Source: Candidatus Latescibacterota bacterium
GTDB lineage: Bacteria; Latescibacterota; UBA2968; UBA8231
Length of the DNA stretch: 64,000 bases
Reading direction: 5' to 3'
Assembly: GCA_965203355.1 (NCBI GenBank)
Contig: OZ241889.1
Location: 672,001 to 736,000, forward strand
Shown here one piece after another: positions 58,939 through 64,000 of the stretch. Both the position numbers and the translations under genes were made by a program. Under the pieces are notes generated by a model that ran no database searches, was not told the DNA's origin, and saw nothing but the letters and a program-made list of their open reading frames with translations. The number at the start of each line of letters is the position of its first letter. The stretch's first letter is position 1.

Positions 58939-59868
58939 ATGCCAAGCAGGGTCTTGCTCCTTTGCTGGATATGTGCGGCAGCCAGTGGTTGCGCCCTAGA
59001 GCTTTCGGAAGGCCCCTTTGCGCGCGTTGAGCAGGAAGTATGGCGCACCGTAAATAGAAGCCACCGGGGTGCCGATGGCGTTTTGGTGCAGGCCGCCTTG
59101 CATACTTTCGCCTACGAAATTGCCCACGCCTATGCGCGGGCTGAGCGCGAGGACTTGGGGCAAGAGCAGCTCGAATTTCGCATCAAACAGCTACTCTACT
59201 CCTACGTTGATGGCACCTATCCGACCGAAGACGGCACGGACATCAACAGCCTTTACTTTCAGTATCTCATCTACGTAAATCCGTCCTTTGATGCGCGCAA
59301 TCCCCTGCACAAAAGTGCCTTCGATATATGGAGGGCCGAATACATACGCCGGGTCGTCGATGCCATATACGACCCCAAGTTTCCCATCCTGCGCGACCGG
59401 TACGATGACCGTTGGGGCTTGACGCTCTACAGTCGCTTGGTCTTCACCGTTTATCTGTCGAGCGGAGAGTCTCAACTCAAGCCCTATATTGCCGATATTG
59501 GTGCGCGCACATTCTTGGTCAATCAGCAAGGTGTGCGCTTCCAGCCCAGCGGGACGTTTAATTTTTATCCATACGAGAGCGATCGGCCCGAAGGAGAGGT
59601 GCTTGACGGCAAGACTCACTACCGAGTCTTCTTCCCCAATCGCAAAAGCGACGACAAGACGCCTATTGTCGGGCTCGACGACGAATATCTCGAGTTGCAG
59701 ATTGAAAACTTAGGTGACGTTCCACTGCGAACCCTGCGATGGGAGCTGCCGCTTGCGTATCCAGAAATGCCCGCACGGCGCTTGCCGACAGAAGCCGAGG
59801 TGGCTGAGCGCAAGGCAATCGAGCGGGCCGAGCGCAAGGCGCGGGCTGAGGCCGCGAAGACCAAGTAG
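58939..59868 (+). CDS. Hypothetical lipoprotein
   Basis: GGAGGT RBS, signal ending ASG-C, 309-aa ORF, no recognisable motif. Confidence 0.65.
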   Translation: MPSRVLLLCWICAAASGCALELSEGPFARVEQEVWRTVNRSHRGADGVLVQAALHTFAYEIAHAYARAEREDLGQEQLEFRIKQLLYSYVDGTYPTEDGTDINSLYFQYLIYVNPSFDARNPLHKSAFDIWRAEYIRRVVDAIYDPKFPILRDRYDDRWGLTLYSRLVFTVYLSSGESQLKPYIADIGARTFLVNQQGVRFQPSGTFNFYPYESDRPEGEVLDGKTHYRVFFPNRKSDDKTPIVGLDDEYLELQIENLGDVPLRTLRWELPLAYPEMPARRLPTEAEVAERKAIERAERKARAEAAKTK

Positions 59869-59941
59869 TACCGTAGGTCTCGTTGGTCTATTAGGATGTC
59901 ATTCTATGATTTATCTTTGCGTACCCAAACAAAAACTTTGC

Positions 59942-60040
59942 GGGAGCGGATGTGTGCCTGGTGGCTGCCGCGGACTTCAAATCCGTTGCGGCGTAGCGAG
60001 AGTTGCGCTGGGTGGGTTCGATTCCCACACGTTCCCGCCA
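59942..60040 (+). tRNA. selC: tRNA-Sec (anticodon TCA)
   Basis: Anticodon arm GCGGA-CT-TCA-AA-TCCGT; extended D arm; long variable arm; GGGTTCGATTCCC; G73-CCA. Confidence 0.93.
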
Positions 60041-60047
60041 TTCGCCC

Positions 60048-61094
60048 CTATTGCAAATCCAGCCCGAGGCTGTGTGCGGCCTCGACGATGTGGCCCCAAG
60101 TCGTGTCGTCGATGGGAATACCTTCTTCTTGACGCTGGCGTCCCGTGCGGTATTCGGGGTCGCCGGGCAGCAGGATTTCGCCGATGTGCGGATCGACCCG
60201 GCTGGTGGATACGTGGCGGATGAGGCTTTCGAGTTCGTCGAAGTAGTAGTCTTTTTCAACGAAGTGCTCGATGTTGTACACCGTCAGGTGCAGTCCGTTG
60301 CTCTGCATGACGGTCTCGCCGTTGGCACAGCCCTGACCGCTAAGGGCTCCGCCTAAGATCTCAACGATCATACTCAAGCAGTACCCCTTATAGGCCACCG
60401 GCCCGCCGAAGGGCAGGATCGCGCCGGGCGGATCGCCGACAAATGCTATCGGGTCGGTAGAAGGGTTGCCATCGCGGTCGATGATTCGGCCTTCGGGTAG
60501 CTGTTCTCCGCGGTTGTAGGCAACGCGGACCTTGCCTTCGGCGCAGACCGAGGTGGTCATATCGACCAAGATCGGATCGGCGTTGCGCCGAGGCGCGGCA
60601 CAGGATATGGGGTTGGTGCTGAGCTTGCCGTCAATCCCACCGTAGGGAGCGATTTGCCGCCCGAGGTGACCGGCGTTGCAAAAGGCTAGGCCAATCATCC
60701 CTTGACGAGCGACCTGCAGCGGATAGGCCCCCACCCGGCCAACGTGTCCGCAGTTGCGCAGAGTGGCAGTAGCGACTCCGTACTGAGCGGCCTTGTCGAT
60801 GGCTAGCTGAGTAGCGAAAGTTCCGCCGATCTGGCCCATGGTCCCGCCGCCATCGACGACCACTGTGCAGGGTTTTTCGCTGACAATAGAAGGCTGGCCT
60901 TTAGGATCAAAGATGCCGTCTTGGATCTGCTTGATGTATTCGTAGAGGCGCAGGCTGCCGTGTGAATCGTGTCCGTAGAGAGAGGACTCGACTAAGTGAT
61001 CGGTCACGGCGCGGGCGTTTGCGGGAGGGCAGCCTGCCGTCTCGAAGAGCTGGTAGCCGATCTTGCGCAGGTCGTCGGGATTGATGTGCGGCAT
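60048..61094 (-). CDS. Ldh_2-family (type 2 malate/L-lactate/sulfolactate) oxidoreductase
   Basis: GHDSHG, GHVGRVG, STNPI, YKGY, LPGDPE. Confidence 0.9.
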   Translation of the reverse strand: MPHINPDDLRKIGYQLFETAGCPPANARAVTDHLVESSLYGHDSHGSLRLYEYIKQIQDGIFDPKGQPSIVSEKPCTVVVDGGGTMGQIGGTFATQLAIDKAAQYGVATATLRNCGHVGRVGAYPLQVARQGMIGLAFCNAGHLGRQIAPYGGIDGKLSTNPISCAAPRRNADPILVDMTTSVCAEGKVRVAYNRGEQLPEGRIIDRDGNPSTDPIAFVGDPPGAILPFGGPVAYKGYCLSMIVEILGGALSGQGCANGETVMQSNGLHLTVYNIEHFVEKDYYFDELESLIRHVSTSRVDPHIGEILLPGDPEYRTGRQRQEEGIPIDDTTWGHIVEAAHSLGLDLQ

Positions 61095-61909
61095 TAGTTA
61101 GTTGCTCCTCCGAGGACGCGCTCGACTTCCCGTTCCCAAGTCCCAGCGACGCGCACACCGTATTCGGCTTCGCCACCCGTGGCCTCCGACCCGACCAAGA
61201 TGGGCTGGCCGCGTCGTTCGCCGATGAGTCTGGCACGCTCGACACAGGAAGCGTGCAGGAAGTGGAAGGCAAGTCCAGCGCGCTCGCGATTGGTGGTATT
61301 TGCCTTGGTAGCATGGGCGGTGCCGTAGCAGAAGAAGGCGACGCCACCGGCCTTTAGCTCAATGGGCACGGTGCGCTCCTCGGGTACTTGGCAGTGAATG
61401 TGGTGGTCGGAGTAGGGGTCGCGGTCGTGCGGGTATTCCTCCTTGAAGGAGTCGTGCACGACGTGGATGGTGCCGTTTTGGATGGTTGCGTCGTGAACGG
61501 CGACCCACATGGCAGTGCCTTTTAATGGGTCGGCGATTTTGAAATAGGCGTTGTCTTGGTGCCAGTCCGTGCCCATGCCGTGCCCAGCCGGCTTGAGAAA
61601 CATCTGGTCTAGGTGTAGGAGGAAGGGTGTGCCGATGAGTTGTGAAACGGCAACGGTGATTTTTTCGTCAAAGGGCAGGGCGCGAATGAGATCGCTTTTG
61701 TCGTACAGGGGAATCAATTGCAGGTTGACCTTGGTGGAGGATGGGGTCTGGCCGTCGCCCTCGGTGGCGACATTGCGAACCAAGCCCTCGCGTTTGAAGC
61801 GCTCGACTTCGGCTTGCAAGGCTCGGACTTCGCGGGGGTCAAAAAAATCGGGAACTGCGGCGTAACCGTGGTTTTTGAAATGGGTTACTTGGGCTTGGGA
61901 AAGCGACAC
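61094..61909 (-). CDS. Phytanoyl-CoA dioxygenase (PhyH) family Fe(II)/2OG enzyme
   Basis: FLKP, WHQDNAY (HxD), DATIQNG, distal His in AHATKAN. Confidence 0.9.
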   Translation of the reverse strand: MSLSQAQVTHFKNHGYAAVPDFFDPREVRALQAEVERFKREGLVRNVATEGDGQTPSSTKVNLQLIPLYDKSDLIRALPFDEKITVAVSQLIGTPFLLHLDQMFLKPAGHGMGTDWHQDNAYFKIADPLKGTAMWVAVHDATIQNGTIHVVHDSFKEEYPHDRDPYSDHHIHCQVPEERTVPIELKAGGVAFFCYGTAHATKANTTNRERAGLAFHFLHASCVERARLIGERRGQPILVGSEATGGEAEYGVRVAGTWEREVERVLGGATN

Positions 61910-61942
61910 AGATGGCTCCTTGCCTTGTGCAGAATAGCGGAA

Positions 61943-63355
61943 CTAGGATGTGCGCTGGGAAGCCTTCGCCAACTCGCATAAGAGCGCGGCCGCAGTGCGG
62001 ATGCCACGGTGAAAGTCGCGCATGGAAAAGCACTCGTTGGGGCCGTGCCAGTTGTCGGTGATTTGCCCTAGCCCGATGAGCAGGACCGGTGCGCCTGTCG
62101 CGGCGGCAAAATCGACGACAATGGGGATGGAGCCGCCTTCGCGGGTAAACACCGGCTCAACTCCGAACCCCTTGCGTATCGCCTCAAGTGTCGGCTCGAC
62201 TAGGGGATGGTCTAGGTCCAAGTAGTAGGACGGTGAGCAATGCTGGTTTTTGAACTCGACGCGCGTGTCGGCTGGCAGCCGAGCGCGGATGTGTCCTTCG
62301 AGGGCGGCTTGGATGCGTTCGGGATTTTGGTCTGGCACTAATCGGCAGGAGATGGCCGCTCGGGCTACAGCCGGAATGACCGTGCGCGGACTGCCGCCGC
62401 TGAGGAGATTGATGTCGAGCGTGGGACGAGTCCAGCGCCTTTCGAGAATGGGGTACTCCTGCTCTCCCGCTAGCGATCCTACGCCCAAGGTGCGGCAATA
62501 AGCCTCCTCGTCCACCGCGAGGGCTGCGTAGAGTTTCTTTTCGCGGGCCGAAAGCGGCTGCACTTCGTCGTAGAAACCGGGCACAGTGATATGCCCTTCA
62601 GCGTCAATGAGGTCGGATAAAGCGTTGACGAGCAGTTGATTGGGGTTGTGGACAATGCCGCCAAAAAGGCCGGAATGCACGTCCTGCATCGGCCCAAAAA
62701 CCTCGACCTCGGTATAGACAATGCCGCGCAGCCCCAAAGTCAACGAGGGCTGATCCGGTCCATACATGCTGGTGTCGGAAATCACCGTACAAAGCACTGG
62801 GGCAAATTCGTCAAGCCCACCCTCGGCCACAAACTGGCTCAACGCCGTGCTGCCGCATTCCTCCTCGCCCTCGATCAGAAAGACCAGATTAAACGGAAGC
62901 CGATCCCCCCGGGCGAGGACGACTTCGGCCGCCTTCAGATGCGCGAAGCAAGGCCCCTTATTGTCGCTGGCCCCTCGGGCGATGAGGAAGCCGTCCCGCT
63001 CTTCGGCGGCAAAGGGATCTACCACCCAGGCCGAGCGTGGATTGTCCACTCCTTGGACATCGTAATGACCATAGAGCAAGACGGTGGGTCGATCCGACGA
63101 GAACGCGGGACTGCGGGCGACGACTAGGGGATTGGTAGCGGCCCCCACTTGGATCTTTTCGACTTCAAACCCCATTTGGTCGAATTGGCCGACGAGGAAA
63201 TGGGCCGCTTGAGTGAGGGCGTCGCTGGTGTCTTCATCGGCACCAGTGCTGATGCTGGGAATGCGGATGAAGGATTTCAGTTGTTCGATGTAGGTCCGCT
63301 GCTGCTCATCAATGCACAGCAGTGCTTTCTCCAAGGCTATGTCTTGCTCGCGCAT
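61943..63355 (-). CDS. M20-family dipeptidase/metallohydrolase
   Basis: YGHYDVQ, ARGASDNKG, EGEEE, HSG.FGG, GGSIP, HGPNE. Confidence 0.92.
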   Translation of the reverse strand: MREQDIALEKALLCIDEQQRTYIEQLKSFIRIPSISTGADEDTSDALTQAAHFLVGQFDQMGFEVEKIQVGAATNPLVVARSPAFSSDRPTVLLYGHYDVQGVDNPRSAWVVDPFAAEERDGFLIARGASDNKGPCFAHLKAAEVVLARGDRLPFNLVFLIEGEEECGSTALSQFVAEGGLDEFAPVLCTVISDTSMYGPDQPSLTLGLRGIVYTEVEVFGPMQDVHSGLFGGIVHNPNQLLVNALSDLIDAEGHITVPGFYDEVQPLSAREKKLYAALAVDEEAYCRTLGVGSLAGEQEYPILERRWTRPTLDINLLSGGSPRTVIPAVARAAISCRLVPDQNPERIQAALEGHIRARLPADTRVEFKNQHCSPSYYLDLDHPLVEPTLEAIRKGFGVEPVFTREGGSIPIVVDFAAATGAPVLLIGLGQITDNWHGPNECFSMRDFHRGIRTAAALLCELAKASQRTS

Positions 63356-63479
63356 CACTTCTCTGTTCTTTGATCGTCCGCCCCGTCCTTCAGCCTAGCC
63401 CGCCCGCCTTGCTGAGGTCGGGTTTATTAATTAGCTTCTTGCAACGCAAAAAGTTGAGATCAAGTCCGCTTTGCCCGCC

Positions 63480-63504
63480 TTGCACACTTCCCGCAACTGT
63501 GCAA
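63480..63504. promoter_or_regulatory. Inverted repeat (putative operator) in the divergent M20/gap promoter region
   Basis: TTGCACA-N11-TGTGCAA immediately followed by TATAAG. Confidence 0.5.
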
Positions 63505-63652
63505 TATAAGTTTTTACATCGGGCTGTAAAGCTCCGTTCATCCGTTCGCTACTTATTCGTTTGGCTAGTCGCATGGCCCGCAGGGATGAGCGGCTGACTT
63601 TTCTCAGACCCCCATATCTACTGCCGTTTATTAGGAAGGAATACGCCGGAAA

Positions 63653-64000
63653 ATGGGAGAGCTAGCTGTTGCTATTAATGGCTTTGGTCGAATCGGTCGC
63701 TTGGTGTTCAGGGCGACTGTCGAGCAAGGTGGCATCGAGATCAAAGCCATCAACGATCTAACCGACGCCCAAACACTTGCCCACCTACTCAAATACGACT
63801 CCACCCATGGCCGCTTCGCTGGCGAGATAGAGGTTGCTGGCGACGACTTGATCGTCAATGGTCAAGCTATTCGTATCTTGGCCGAGCGCGACCCCGCCAA
63901 CCTGCCTTGGGGTGATTTGGGGGTCGAAGTGGTGCTGGAGTCAACGGGATTTTTCACCGAGGCCAGCAAGGCTCGTGCTCATATCGACGCTGGGGCCAAA
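63653..64000 (+). CDS. gap: Type I glyceraldehyde-3-phosphate dehydrogenase; 3'-partial
   Basis: [18 protein letters not shown]...AINDL...[11 protein letters not shown]...PW...VLESTG.F; runs off the window. Confidence 0.96.
   Translation, partial: MGELAVAINGFGRIGRLVFRATVEQGGIEIKAINDLTDAQTLAHLLKYDSTHGRFAGEIEVAGDDLIVNGQAIRILAERDPANLPWGDLGVEVVLESTGFFTEASKARAHIDAGAK

Noticed and set aside
59900-59940. TATCTTTG resembling a Bacteroidota -7 promoter box upstream of selC
   Set aside because: No properly spaced -33 element, and other promoters here look like standard TTGACA/TAnnnT.

Overview
Bacterial chromosomal window spanning the replication-origin region. Gene style (FlgD-Ig C-terminal protein, sulfatase, PhyH dioxygenase, FCB-like sigma54 activator) suggests an uncultured FCB-group lineage such as Latescibacterota; this is inference only. 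Core content: gyrA-gyrB-dciA-recF-dnaN-[oriC]-dnaA and rpmH-rnpA-yidD-yidC-mnmE-[2x parS]-rsmG-[second DnaA-box cluster], five tRNAs including tRNA-Sec, sucCD, rplU-rpmA, rng, a System I*-type cytochrome c maturation cluster with a CcmF-CcmH fusion, ispE-rplY-pth-hppA-rpsF-rplI and the start of gap. The most striking unexplained elements: (1) an unannotated ~200-nt highly structured RNA gene (29891-30093) with its own promoter and terminator and a C-rich anti-SD-like loop, divergent from an XRE regulator whose putative operator fills the promoter spacer, next to tandem DUF151-UVR nuclease paralogs; (2) a 57-bp palindromic in-frame insertion flanked by 5-bp direct repeats inside a TPR gene; (3) an N-terminally truncated rnpA in frame with rpmH behind a single TAG; (4) a repeat/anti-repeat structure in the rng leader; (5) a possibly bipartite origin with two convergent DnaA-trio modules. 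No transposase, integrase, prophage or CRISPR array was seen. All calls were made by eye, without database searches.
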